This document shows, one piece after another, positions 6,301 to 14,400 of a stretch of DNA of 35,618 bases. This stretch comes from Desulfobacteraceae bacterium (GTDB lineage: Bacteria; Desulfobacterota; Desulfobacteria; Desulfobacterales; JAABTS01). Position numbers and translations under genes: made by a program. The first letter of the stretch is position 1; every line of letters starts with the position of its first letter. Under the pieces are notes generated by a model, which made no database searches, was not told the origin of the DNA, and worked only from the letters and a program-made list of their open reading frames with translations. The stretch lies in contig JAABTS010000050.1 in NCBI GenBank assembly GCA_011389735.1, positions 1-35,618 of the forward strand. The letters are read 5' to 3'.

Positions 6301-8914
6301 TAAGATCCAGCGGCTGAACGTTCACGGAAAACCGGTAATCACCGAACCGGATAATATCGGCGCCGTCCTCGAACAATTCTTTCCGGTCTTTGAGCCGCCG
6401 GACGGTGTCTTCCCGCATCGTTTTCAGACGGGATTGAATATCGTCCGCCTTGACCGTATCGTCAAGCTCCCGAAGCTGAACGATAATGTCCCGGATTTTC
6501 TCGATCATCAGATCCGATGCGAAATACCCGTTGATTTCATTGATGTCCGTCATCCCGTCCACGCGGTTCCGGACGCCTTTCAAAATCCGCTCCGCCGCGC
6601 TCATCAACGCGTTCGCACGCTTGTTCCGGGCTTCCACAAGGGACAGCTTCCGGGTTTCAAACGCATGATACAACGCTTCCCGCTTTTCAGACAATTGGAC
6701 TATAAAATCGTCGAACTCGACAAACGCCCCCTCCAGTTCTTCAAGCTGTATCATTAATTTGGTCAGATACTCATCGCATTTATCAGGCGTGTCGCTGATA
6801 TCCAGATAGTTGATCACGCTCTGGTTCAACAGCTTGATCCGGGCGTTGAACCGCTCCACGCCCTCAACGCTTGCAAGGCTTTTACGCTTGTTTTTAAGTT
6901 CCGCCTTGACTTTGTTGATATCGGAATAGATGGCGGAAATATCGTCGATAATTCGGGTGGTTTGAGTGGAATCCTCGATCTTGAGGTTACTGACGATATC
7001 GATCAGCATTTCCAGATCCCCCGAAACAGCGCCCACGTCTTCCTGAATCCGGTCAGCGTCCGCCACACGGTCGCATTCCACGATCCGCCCCCGTGTCTCA
7101 ACGACTCGATTTACATATGGCTTCAGAGCCTCATCGCTCAATAAAAATTCCACACAGGCCGAAGAAACCCGGCCGGTCGCATCCTTGACTCCAGCCTCCA
7201 GAGACTCCACAGCATCCAAATCCACATACCGGAGATCCTTCAAAGATATGATTTCACCCCGAATATTCCGCAATTGGGAAAGCCGTTCCACAAAATGATC
7301 GATACGGTTCATCACGCCGAGATCGACCGACTTGAGAATTTCGCCGGCCCGATCGGAAACCTCCCGAACCCGGCTCTCAGTACCCTTTTTCAGCCGGACG
7401 ACCTTTTCGAACGCATCAATCGCCCCGCTCGCCGTACGCTTGATTTCGAGAACCGTTTCCTTGATATTGAACGCTTCGGGCCGTTCGATCCAGAAATAGG
7501 CGTCGGCGATATCCGTGGATTTTTTGACTATGTCATGGTACAGCCCCGAATAGGTGTCCTCCTTGTTCAAAAGCCTCAACAATTCGTTGCATTCGGCCAT
7601 GCATCGCACAATGTCCTTGTTGCCGACTTTGTAAAGAAAGGCGTCTTTTTTATCCGCCCCAGGAAGCAGGCCCGTAATAAAAGGCGTTTGCATGATCTGA
7701 ACCACATGATGCTTCGTCGGTTCGGGATCGCTGCGCAAAAGCAGCATTTCCCCGCTGTCAAAAATGGAAAAACCGCTGCACACGATCGGCGTATCCACTT
7801 TTTGATCGATAATATTATAGTGCAGCAAAATGTGATCCCCGGTCTCCCGGTTATAAAATACATAAAGAAAATCTTCGCCGTTGGACGACGCCGCCCGGCG
7901 CTCGAAACGCATATCGGCCAGGCCGCTTTCGAATTGCTTGAGTTCGCCGGTCTGAAGATAATATCCGTTGGAAAACATGAGCCCCTGGCTGTCCGGGAGA
8001 AGCACGCATGCGTTTTCGATCTCATCGACACGGCTCACCGCCTGAGTTTTTTCATTGAAGATATAATATCGAAACGCATTTTCCTGGTAAGGCCGGATTC
8101 GCACAAGAATCATGTTACCGACAAAAGCGTAGTAAATTTCAGCGTCATCGAGAGTCTGATCCTTGTTCTCGACGGCTTCCGAATACACCCCGTATCCGTC
8201 GGCCGTGTTGTCCTCCACCTTGAAAGTGATATCCCCGCCGACAGCCTCCACAAACAACCGGTCGTCCAGGGAAATATGAGGATGCACGCCTGCCCGGTGC
8301 TGGTCCCTGGTCGTCCGGGTCCAGGCGAATTCGTGCTGAGCCGGAAACTTGAATTCATGGTCGCTCCGGTTGTCCAGATACACCGGCCCCGATTCCTGCA
8401 TGGCCCATTTGAACGTTTTGATATCAACGACGGATTTGCCGATATTGAAAACCATGAAAAGATGGGGCCCGATGATCGAAAATTTCGCGAACCGCGTTTC
8501 CTTGTAATATTTATACAAGTCCTTGAAATCGGCCTCGAACCTTCCCGAATCCAGAATATCGACCGGCTGTTCGCGAAACGAGCCGTCACGGTATTCGTAA
8601 ACCGCAAACACATCGGATATCCCCGTCTCGGATTTCAGCCCCATACGCACGTTATACCCGAAAATAAACAGATTCCGCCCGATTGAAACCATGTCACGGG
8701 GGATGCAATTGTTTTGGGTTGAAATCCGTTCGGTCGACAAAATTGTGGTTTCGATAGAGCCGAAGATATCCTTGCGGGACTGATTGAGTTCACCCAGGCT
8801 GGATTGCAGGGCGTTCCCCTGAGTCAGCAGCCGGTTGCGGATAATCTCGTAAGCGCCGCCGTCCAGAGCAATCCTTGATTCATCCTGTGCTTTCACATCT
8901 TCATTGCCGGCCAT
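3362..8914 (-). CDS. Giant multidomain protein (~1850 aa): N-terminal ~1250 aa of unknown fold, MoxR/AAA_5-like AAA+ ATPase core, ~270-aa linker, C-terminal 3-4 ankyrin repeats
   Basis: Walker A LLISPPGYGKTTL; Walker B/MoxR-like MLYLDDIQHLNPEFLQKF; sensor-1 VVVVMAGNPYTE; arginine-finger region KIPDMLANRA (nt ~4600-5060). Ankyrin repeats PLMAAAVHNNPNVVDFLL / SALMIAASKGRVDVVKVLLARGANVN / TALMWAEKKGNDGIARLL (nt ~3362-3775). A coiled-coil-rich segment spans aa ~560-900. The track ORF begins with TTG at 8920. The ATG at 8914 has a GGGAG SD 6 nt upstream and is preferred. Confidence 0.85.
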   Translation of the reverse strand: MAGNEDVKAQDESRIALDGGAYEIIRNRLLTQGNALQSSLGELNQSRKDIFGSIETTILSTERISTQNNCIPRDMVSIGRNLFIFGYNVRMGLKSETGISDVFAVYEYRDGSFREQPVDILDSGRFEADFKDLYKYYKETRFAKFSIIGPHLFMVFNIGKSVVDIKTFKWAMQESGPVYLDNRSDHEFKFPAQHEFAWTRTTRDQHRAGVHPHISLDDRLFVEAVGGDITFKVEDNTADGYGVYSEAVENKDQTLDDAEIYYAFVGNMILVRIRPYQENAFRYYIFNEKTQAVSRVDEIENACVLLPDSQGLMFSNGYYLQTGELKQFESGLADMRFERRAASSNGEDFLYVFYNRETGDHILLHYNIIDQKVDTPIVCSGFSIFDSGEMLLLRSDPEPTKHHVVQIMQTPFITGLLPGADKKDAFLYKVGNKDIVRCMAECNELLRLLNKEDTYSGLYHDIVKKSTDIADAYFWIERPEAFNIKETVLEIKRTASGAIDAFEKVVRLKKGTESRVREVSDRAGEILKSVDLGVMNRIDHFVERLSQLRNIRGEIISLKDLRYVDLDAVESLEAGVKDATGRVSSACVEFLLSDEALKPYVNRVVETRGRIVECDRVADADRIQEDVGAVSGDLEMLIDIVSNLKIEDSTQTTRIIDDISAIYSDINKVKAELKNKRKSLASVEGVERFNARIKLLNQSVINYLDISDTPDKCDEYLTKLMIQLEELEGAFVEFDDFIVQLSEKREALYHAFETRKLSLVEARNKRANALMSAAERILKGVRNRVDGMTDINEINGYFASDLMIEKIRDIIVQLRELDDTVKADDIQSRLKTMREDTVRRLKDRKELFEDGADIIRFGDYRFSVNVQPLDLTIVQRDGEQVFHLAGTDFFETIDHPEFIKTRSVWGMEVPSENEDVYRGEFLALRMLKDAESRGDSAISEFAEASEEELQGMVRRFMGPRYAEGYSKGVHDHDCAKIVQALADIHVKIGLLRFHPRVRALAGLFMLLGFSDEEQAEKSLMLEKLRSFGMISGIFPSRGEQARYIAEISDRIYEFVRRTGLFSVESAPDAATYLFLELSSGAERFSVSKEAFELSEGFAVSLKSGLYLQKFKTAREKLAGSPLSVFEMIRDWMEAYILSLGREELLDYLDEASVLVFDPPEVVQKDMADVDMTRESDGMLGDHRVIQNGRYHLNYYRFMDKTARFESEILPLYNRYQDLKRKLIDEMREGLRLNEFKPRILTSFVRNRLINKVYLPLIGANLAKQIGVAGEGKRTDLMGMLLLISPPGYGKTTLMEYLANRLGVIFMKINGPAIGHTVTSLDPKEASNAAAREEIQKLNLCLEMGDNVMLYLDDIQHLNPEFLQKFISLCDAQRKIEGVYKGKSRTYDLRGKKVVVVMAGNPYTESGEKFKIPDMLANRADTYNLGDIIGDTREDFEMSYLENALTSNPVLGKMSSRSQADVYSIIRIAKTGDREEVEFEGNYSGEEIDEMVSVMKKMITVQEVILKVNKEYIRSAGMADEFRTEPPFKLQGSYRNMNRLTEKLVPIMNDSELKTLLLSHYESEAQTLTTGAEANMLKFLELTGWMTDTQRERWEEIKKTFQKNQMLRGMDESNPVTHVVAQLSAFQDGLESIRGALSAGVDQFMRFYQARGSETREDDREERSSGPVQTMVSFSEETLSRIDRLAKEIKSISVVPVQAAGVDPHYAERIKNSAPIAPSTLRTIHKSRKNDFYLAIKNGNIEQLGELLRSGRDVNARTPEKATPLMAAAVHNNPNVVDFLLDQGAMIDAVDRDGYSALMIAASKGRVDVVKVLLARGANVNLLDNNGMTALMWAEKKGNDGIARLLRGKPN

Positions 8915-8960
8915 ACCCAACTCCCTGACGGTTCAACGTCCGCATGCTTTCGAAAACAAG

Positions 8961-11096
8961 TTATTCTTTTTTTCCTCGATCTTCCAGGTTCAAGGAGCCC
9001 AGGATTTTGTTACCCAGCCCGGATCGTTCAGCCATGGAAATGAGACCGTATAGATCGCTCCGTGCGTTGTCGCAATCCGTCTGCGATACAAGGCGGCTCA
9101 ATGCGGCCGATACGGTGAGATCTTTGAACTGTTCGGCGCTGACGCCGAACTGGCTGAAAAACTGGGTAAGCTGGGATTTGAAAAATTCCGGATCGCCGTT
9201 GAAAAAGGTGTCCTTGACGTTTTTGAGTACGTCGCTGCCTTCGATAAGACGATCGATCGCCTTGCCGCCCGATACGGCGTTGACCACGCGATCGAAAAAC
9301 ATGGACTCCCCTCCGACGATATCCACCCTGGCGGATTTAAGGGCCGCGCCGAGGGTTTCCGCCTGATAGGAGGCGATTTCCTTGCGAATATTGATTTCGG
9401 CGATACGGATGTCTTTTTCCATGGCCAGACGGATTTTATATTCTTCGTGTTCACGGCCCACGGCGTCGAGCAATTTCATGGCGTTGGCCTTGCTTTCGAT
9501 GCCTTTAGCCTCGGCCTGAAACAACATGGACTGGGTTTTGGCTTCGGATGCGCCTTTTAATTCAATGCCTTTGGCGTCGGCTTCATTTTTCAGCTCGATC
9601 ACTTTAGCTTCGGCCGCGCCTTTTTTCTCGATCAACAGCGTCTGAGCCTCGTTAATTTTCACCTGAGCCAATCCGGCTGCGGCCTTTTCGGCGATTTCGC
9701 CTTCGGCCAGCAGCTTTTTGGCGTTGGCGTCTTTTTCCGCGGCAGCCTGCCTGGCCTCCGCCTCGATCACTACCTGCTCGGCTTTCATTCCGGCGGCGCC
9801 TTTCGACGCTTCAGCCGCTTTAAGCACACGATTTCTTTCTTCTTCCGCCTTGAACTCGGCGACTTTCCGGGACGCTTCAGCCGCTTTGACATCGATCAGC
9901 AAAGATTCTTCAGCCTCTTTTTCAGCCTTGGTGATAGCCACTTTTTTCTCGCGATCCGCCTGAGCGTAGGCTTCGGTGTCCTTGATTCGCTCCTGTTCCT
10001 CGATCACAGTTTTTTCAACCATTACCCGCTCACGTATTACATTCTGGATCGCTTTTTTTTCGACTTCAAGGGCTTTTTCCTTTTCAATCTGAGCTAACGA
10101 CACCAGCCGTTCCCGTTCGGTCGCCTCGATCATCCGATCTTTTTCCACCCGCTCGTTCTCGATGGCCTCGGTGCGTTCTTTGTTCTTGCGGGCCACGACC
10201 ACCTGCCGCAGTTTGTTTTCTTCCGCCACGGCAAGCTGTTCTTCGGTGGCGATCCGGGCGGATTCGGCCTTATATTTCTCTTCTTCCTGAATTTTCCGGG
10301 TTTCAGCTTCTTCCCGGGCTTTGACGGATTCGACCTCGCGCTTTTTCTGATTTTCGGTCTGGGACAACTGCCGGTTCAATTCCAGAACGGTTTCCCGGGC
10401 TTCGACATCCTGTTTGGTGATCGTCTTTTCTTTTTCCCGGTCGATCTGGTTGGCGAGTATTTTTTGAGTCGCCGTAAGCTCCGTGATCTTTTTAATCCCC
10501 TGGGAATCCAGAATATTATCAGCCTTTAGATCTTCCAGTTGTGTTTGTTCCAGAAAATCGATTGCTGCGTCATCCAGGATAAACCCATTCAAATCCGTGC
10601 CGATGATCTTCAGCATTTCCTCTTTGAATTTTTCCCGGGAATTATACAAATCCACGAAATCGAATTGTTTTCCGACGGTTTTCAGAGCTTCGGAAAATTT
10701 GGCTTCGAACAGATCCTGAAGCGCCGCCTGATGAGACGCTCGTTCGCAACCAATAGACTGGGCCACCTTGAGTACGTCTTCGCCCGTTTTGTTCACCCGG
10801 ACGAAAAAGGCCACCTTGATGTCGGCCCGAAGATTGTCCTGGCAAATCAGGCCCTCGATTCCCTGCCGGTCGATCGTGACCTTTTTAACGGAAATATCGA
10901 TAAATTCCATGCGATGAAGAATCGGAATCACCATGATTCCTGAAAACGTGACACTGGTTCCGCCGACGCCGTTCCGAACCAACGCATGTCCCTGTTCCAC
11001 TTTTTTGTAAAATCTCGCCAGCATGGTAAGAAGACCGACAAGGATGATAAATCCGCCGATAAGGACAACCCCGATCGATAAGCCCAGAATTTCCAT
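8961..11096 (-). CDS. Flotillin-like SPFH/band-7 protein (YqiK family)
   Basis: 711 aa; N-terminal TM helix, SPFH core (...VTIDRQGIEGLICQDNLRADIKVAFFVRV...), a very long Glu/Ala/Lys-rich coiled coil, and a C-terminal flotillin tail. Strong SD CAGGAGGGG. Sits 13 nt downstream of an NfeD-like gene. Confidence 0.9.
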   Translation of the reverse strand: MEILGLSIGVVLIGGFIILVGLLTMLARFYKKVEQGHALVRNGVGGTSVTFSGIMVIPILHRMEFIDISVKKVTIDRQGIEGLICQDNLRADIKVAFFVRVNKTGEDVLKVAQSIGCERASHQAALQDLFEAKFSEALKTVGKQFDFVDLYNSREKFKEEMLKIIGTDLNGFILDDAAIDFLEQTQLEDLKADNILDSQGIKKITELTATQKILANQIDREKEKTITKQDVEARETVLELNRQLSQTENQKKREVESVKAREEAETRKIQEEEKYKAESARIATEEQLAVAEENKLRQVVVARKNKERTEAIENERVEKDRMIEATERERLVSLAQIEKEKALEVEKKAIQNVIRERVMVEKTVIEEQERIKDTEAYAQADREKKVAITKAEKEAEESLLIDVKAAEASRKVAEFKAEEERNRVLKAAEASKGAAGMKAEQVVIEAEARQAAAEKDANAKKLLAEGEIAEKAAAGLAQVKINEAQTLLIEKKGAAEAKVIELKNEADAKGIELKGASEAKTQSMLFQAEAKGIESKANAMKLLDAVGREHEEYKIRLAMEKDIRIAEINIRKEIASYQAETLGAALKSARVDIVGGESMFFDRVVNAVSGGKAIDRLIEGSDVLKNVKDTFFNGDPEFFKSQLTQFFSQFGVSAEQFKDLTVSAALSRLVSQTDCDNARSDLYGLISMAERSGLGNKILGSLNLEDRGKKE

Positions 11097-11109
11097 GATA
11101 CCCCTCCTG

Positions 11110-11727
11110 TTATTCTTCGTTATACTTTTCTACAAAATAGACGCCGTTTTCCCTGTCCTCGTCATAAACCAGAGCTTTGTCGCCCTTTATAAGAACGCCG
11201 CCGCCCGTTGTCCGCGCATGGATCGTAATCGGGGCCCCTCCGGTCAAAATTTCAACCTGCCCGAATGATGAATTGACCTGGCTGGTGACCACCGTCCCTA
11301 CTTGATACATGACCGAGCTTTCCTTTCGCTGATCGTTTTGTTTGAACATTTTTGCCAGAGGTTTCATGATAAAAGCGGTGATAAAAAACGAAACAATGAA
11401 ATTGGGTATCAGAAACGCCAGGCCGAGGAGAATTGAATGGGAAGGATTTAAAAAATAATTCAGAATCAATGAAAACCACCAGCAGCTCATGACCATTAAA
11501 GTGACTACGAACATGATCGGAACTTCGCCGAGACTCAAAAATTCCGTAATCGATGATAAAAAGCCTCCTGAACCGTCCACATCGATATCCGGAGTAATAT
11601 CCGCGTCTAAAAATTCGAGATCTATTCCTCCTAGAATGACCGCAAGCCAGTACAACATTGTAAGGCCGAAGATGACTGTAAAAGGAAGGTTGAGAGGCAT
11701 TACCGTCTGTTGCAGGAATTCAAACAT
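11110..11727 (-). CDS. NfeD/YqiJ-like membrane protein (multi-TM N-terminus, C-terminal OB-fold beta domain); usual partner of SPFH proteins
   Basis: 205 aa; 3-4 hydrophobic helices then GTVVTSQVNSSFGQVEILTGGAPITIHARTTGGGVLIKGDKALVYDEDRENGVYFVEK, typical of the NfeD short-form OB domain. Confidence 0.8.
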   Translation of the reverse strand: MFEFLQQTVMPLNLPFTVIFGLTMLYWLAVILGGIDLEFLDADITPDIDVDGSGGFLSSITEFLSLGEVPIMFVVTLMVMSCWWFSLILNYFLNPSHSILLGLAFLIPNFIVSFFITAFIMKPLAKMFKQNDQRKESSVMYQVGTVVTSQVNSSFGQVEILTGGAPITIHARTTGGGVLIKGDKALVYDEDRENGVYFVEKYNEE

Positions 11728-12104
11728 AAAACTTTTCCTTTCACGATATAAGGAGGGGATGTTGTCAACGCCGATTCAAAAGAACCGGCCGACTATAAAC
11801 TTTCAGATATTCCATCGCAGTGGGTTTTCGAACGGATATACACGCCCTGGATAAACCATCCGGAAATTTTTTCATACTCCAGTTCGTACTCTTGCTCAAG
11901 ATTTTCAGAACACCCTTGCAATTTTGAACACGAGCAAGCATGAAACGGCCGGTCTTAAAACCAACCTCCTCAAAACCAATATCTCGCCCTCTTACAAATT
12001 TCTGAAATATAACATCCGAAAGCCTATAGCATGACAGAACGTCGATTGCAAATATCGGGTTATTATCGCCCTCAGAAAATAAAATTTCACCAGGTCGCCG
12101 TTTC

Positions 12105-12140
12105 GGAGGATACGAATCGTATGATCCCAGGGCCGCCGCC
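12105..12140 (+). repeat. Copy 1 of a conserved ~36-nt intergenic element (GGAGGATACGAATCGTATGATCCCAGGGCCGCCGCC), reverse orientation relative to copies 2 and 3
   Basis: Its reverse complement GGCGGCGGCCCTGGGATCATACGATTCGTATCCTCC aligns almost base-for-base with 21067-21110 and 24329-24367. Confidence 0.8.
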
Positions 12141-12371
12141 TTGTGAAATTGAATTCGGGCCTGGTTCTAACTTCGGCCACGACCGCAGGTTGAATAATCT
12201 CACCGCAGAGACGCAGAGTTCGCAAACGTTAAATAAATTAAATGTTTTACGTTCTTTGCCCCTTTGCGGTGGAAAAATATTGGCCGGAAATGGAATCAAG
12301 CCCTTGAATTTCTGAAAACCCGTATCGTTTTTCAACATCCTTCCGGAACCTTGATTTCGAAACGCAACAGC

Positions 12372-13124
12372 TTATTGTTTCACAACGACACGGGTGTCGC
12401 AGATACGGTCATGAAGCGTCCTTTTCTGATCGTCAAACGCCGCAATCAGGTATCCTATGCAAAGTATGAAATAGCTGATATATTCAGCTAAATGCCGACC
12501 GAAAGCCAGTTTAAAACCAACCGGGGTTCCGTCCGAACGAACGATTCTCAGGCGGCACGCCATTTTTCCGGGAGTCGCTCCGTGTTTTCCAACAAACCAG
12601 GTTGAATAACCCGCTGCAATGACCATTTGCAATAAAAACGTCACTGCTGGAATAATGAGCGCAAGATCGCTTTCATAGGCTTCCAGAGTTTTCATCGCCA
12701 TCGATCCGGACACCCATGATAAAGAAGCATCGACTATCAGCAAAATGATCCCGTCGATGAACTTGGCGGCGAATCTGATCAGGAATCCGCCGTATTCCAT
12801 GATTCCCGGGAGCGGCGCTCCTTCGCGGACTTTCTGGATAAACAAGGGCTTGCAAGAACCGCATACCCAAAGTTCCTTGAAAGGGATCATTTCCGATTCC
12901 GGAAACAGGTTCCCGCATTCCGCGCAGGTTCGCATATCCGATTCTTCCGCCTCGACTTCGGGTTCAATGGTTTCGACATAATCGCCGAATTTGATCCAAT
13001 GGTCAAGGCCCGACCGCCATACCAGGGTGTCTGATTGAATTGTTCCGTCGGCTACAAATTGGTTGAATTCGTCTTCGGTCAACGGTCCGTATTGTTTCCC
13101 GGATAAGGCGTAATACCAGTTCAT
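12372..13124 (-). CDS. RDD-family membrane protein with N-terminal GYF-like (DUF4339-type) domain and a CxxC...CxxC zinc ribbon
   Basis: 250 aa; WYYALSGKQYGPLTEDEF...TLVWRSGLDHW (GYF-like); CAECG...CGSC; the RDD core is hydrophobic with the conserved R...D...D pattern in the C-terminal half. SD AAGGAG. Confidence 0.75.
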   Translation of the reverse strand: MNWYYALSGKQYGPLTEDEFNQFVADGTIQSDTLVWRSGLDHWIKFGDYVETIEPEVEAEESDMRTCAECGNLFPESEMIPFKELWVCGSCKPLFIQKVREGAPLPGIMEYGGFLIRFAAKFIDGIILLIVDASLSWVSGSMAMKTLEAYESDLALIIPAVTFLLQMVIAAGYSTWFVGKHGATPGKMACRLRIVRSDGTPVGFKLAFGRHLAEYISYFILCIGYLIAAFDDQKRTLHDRICDTRVVVKQ

Positions 13125-13226
13125 GTGGATCTCCTTGAAAAGCAGTTCGGTAATTCTGGGGGCATAATACAGACCTGCGAGGTTTTGAAAACCTCGCAGG
13201 TCTCAATTGTGTCCTTGGAATTAGCA

Positions 13227-14324
13227 TCATTGACTTCCAGACAGCCATTCCCGTTCAAAAGTGCGCCATTCGTCCGGATCTGTCGTCCAGCCGGCGTAAA
13301 CAGCGATTCCGAACATATCCAAACGGGACGGCTCGATTGATTGAAGCCCCATTTGAATTCCGTAAATCGCCGATTCTACATTTTCGGCTTCGGGGTGAAA
13401 TCCCTTGCTTTTATTTTCATAGGAAGGGATTCCCATGAACAACAGCACATTCGAATCCAGTACGGTTAAAAGCCGACTTGTCTGACGGCTCACGAGGGAG
13501 GAATATATCCAGTCGTAAGGAATGGCCGTATCATACATCATGACGGCGGCCTGATCGACGATTTCGGCGATTTCCCGGTAATAATCTAGTTTCCAGAAAC
13601 CGCCTGTTTTCATGAATGCTCTTGCGAGTACGTTGGCGCCGGCGAACGGCTCCGGCTTCTCGCAAGACACGGAGAGAATTTTATCGGTTTTGGAGGTTAT
13701 CCGTCGGGCTCGTTTCAATAGATCGATAAAATCCCGGTTCCCGGTGTAAATCGGTTCGATGTTGAAATGAACTCCGTCGAACCCGAGATCTAAAAAAATA
13801 CGGGCGGTGTTTACAATTTCACGGCGTATCCCCATATCGGACAGATTCAGAGGGCCCCCGCCTGCTTTTTCGATCTGACCGATCCATGCATGCATATTGA
13901 TCCGGCTCGTTCGGCTTTTTATCCGGGAAACGAGTTGAGCTGCAAAGGGATATTTTTCAAGTTCGATTTCGCCTTGAGCGTTCAACGGCCCTACATGAAA
14001 ATAAATGTCCGTAATTTTAAACCGTTCAGCCGTTTCGATCAATTGATTGTAGACGGCGTACTCGTGGGATTTACCTACCCAGTCATGTCTCGCCCACATG
14101 GCGTTTCTTCCTTTGGAGCCGAATTTGACCGAAGGCCCGGATCTGTAAATATAATAAGTGTAGGACGCGCCGCTGAAAACCAGCGCAATCAGAAAAATAA
14201 ATCCCGTCAGGAGGGCTTTGACCCAAGATTTCAAGATTCCGTCACCTGCTTTTTTTTTAACCTCCGCTGCTGTAAAAGCATCTGTTTTACCGGCCCACGC
14301 CGCCGCCCGGGCCTGGAAAACCAT
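13227..14324 (-). CDS. Membrane-anchored putative glycoside-hydrolase-like TIM-barrel protein (GH18-like, catalytic motif degenerate)
   Basis: N-terminal signal anchor (LLTGFIFLIALVFSGASY). LGFDGVHFNIEP resembles the GH18 DGxDxDWE motif but reads D-G-V-H-F-N-I-E. The track ORF begins with TTG at 14330; the ATG at 14324 is preferred. Confidence 0.45.
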   Translation of the reverse strand: MVFQARAAAWAGKTDAFTAAEVKKKAGDGILKSWVKALLTGFIFLIALVFSGASYTYYIYRSGPSVKFGSKGRNAMWARHDWVGKSHEYAVYNQLIETAERFKITDIYFHVGPLNAQGEIELEKYPFAAQLVSRIKSRTSRINMHAWIGQIEKAGGGPLNLSDMGIRREIVNTARIFLDLGFDGVHFNIEPIYTGNRDFIDLLKRARRITSKTDKILSVSCEKPEPFAGANVLARAFMKTGGFWKLDYYREIAEIVDQAAVMMYDTAIPYDWIYSSLVSRQTSRLLTVLDSNVLLFMGIPSYENKSKGFHPEAENVESAIYGIQMGLQSIEPSRLDMFGIAVYAGWTTDPDEWRTFEREWLSGSQ

Positions 14325-14400
14325 TATCAAGTCAAGCAGTTCGAGATGAATTTAAAATCAACGTCGCCGGAAAATCAGCTATTGTCGAAGTCTCCGAAAA

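Noticed and set aside
3605-8686. Long plus-strand ORFs inside the giant gene (3605-4468, 4847-5392, 5426-6757, 7274-8686) and minus-strand ORFs in other frames (3655-4065, 5827-6117, 7576-8031, 8110-8613)
   Set aside because: They are antisense or out-of-frame to a 5.5-kb gene with clear domain motifs. They are Arg/Pro/Gly-rich low-complexity translations typical of spurious ORFs in GC-rich DNA, with no RBS or recognisable motifs.
11992-12491. Four overlapping small ORFs (77-94 aa) in the NfeD-RDD intergenic region
   Set aside because: They mutually overlap on both strands with no SDs or motifs. The region instead contains repeat element copy 1 and is probably regulatory or UTR.
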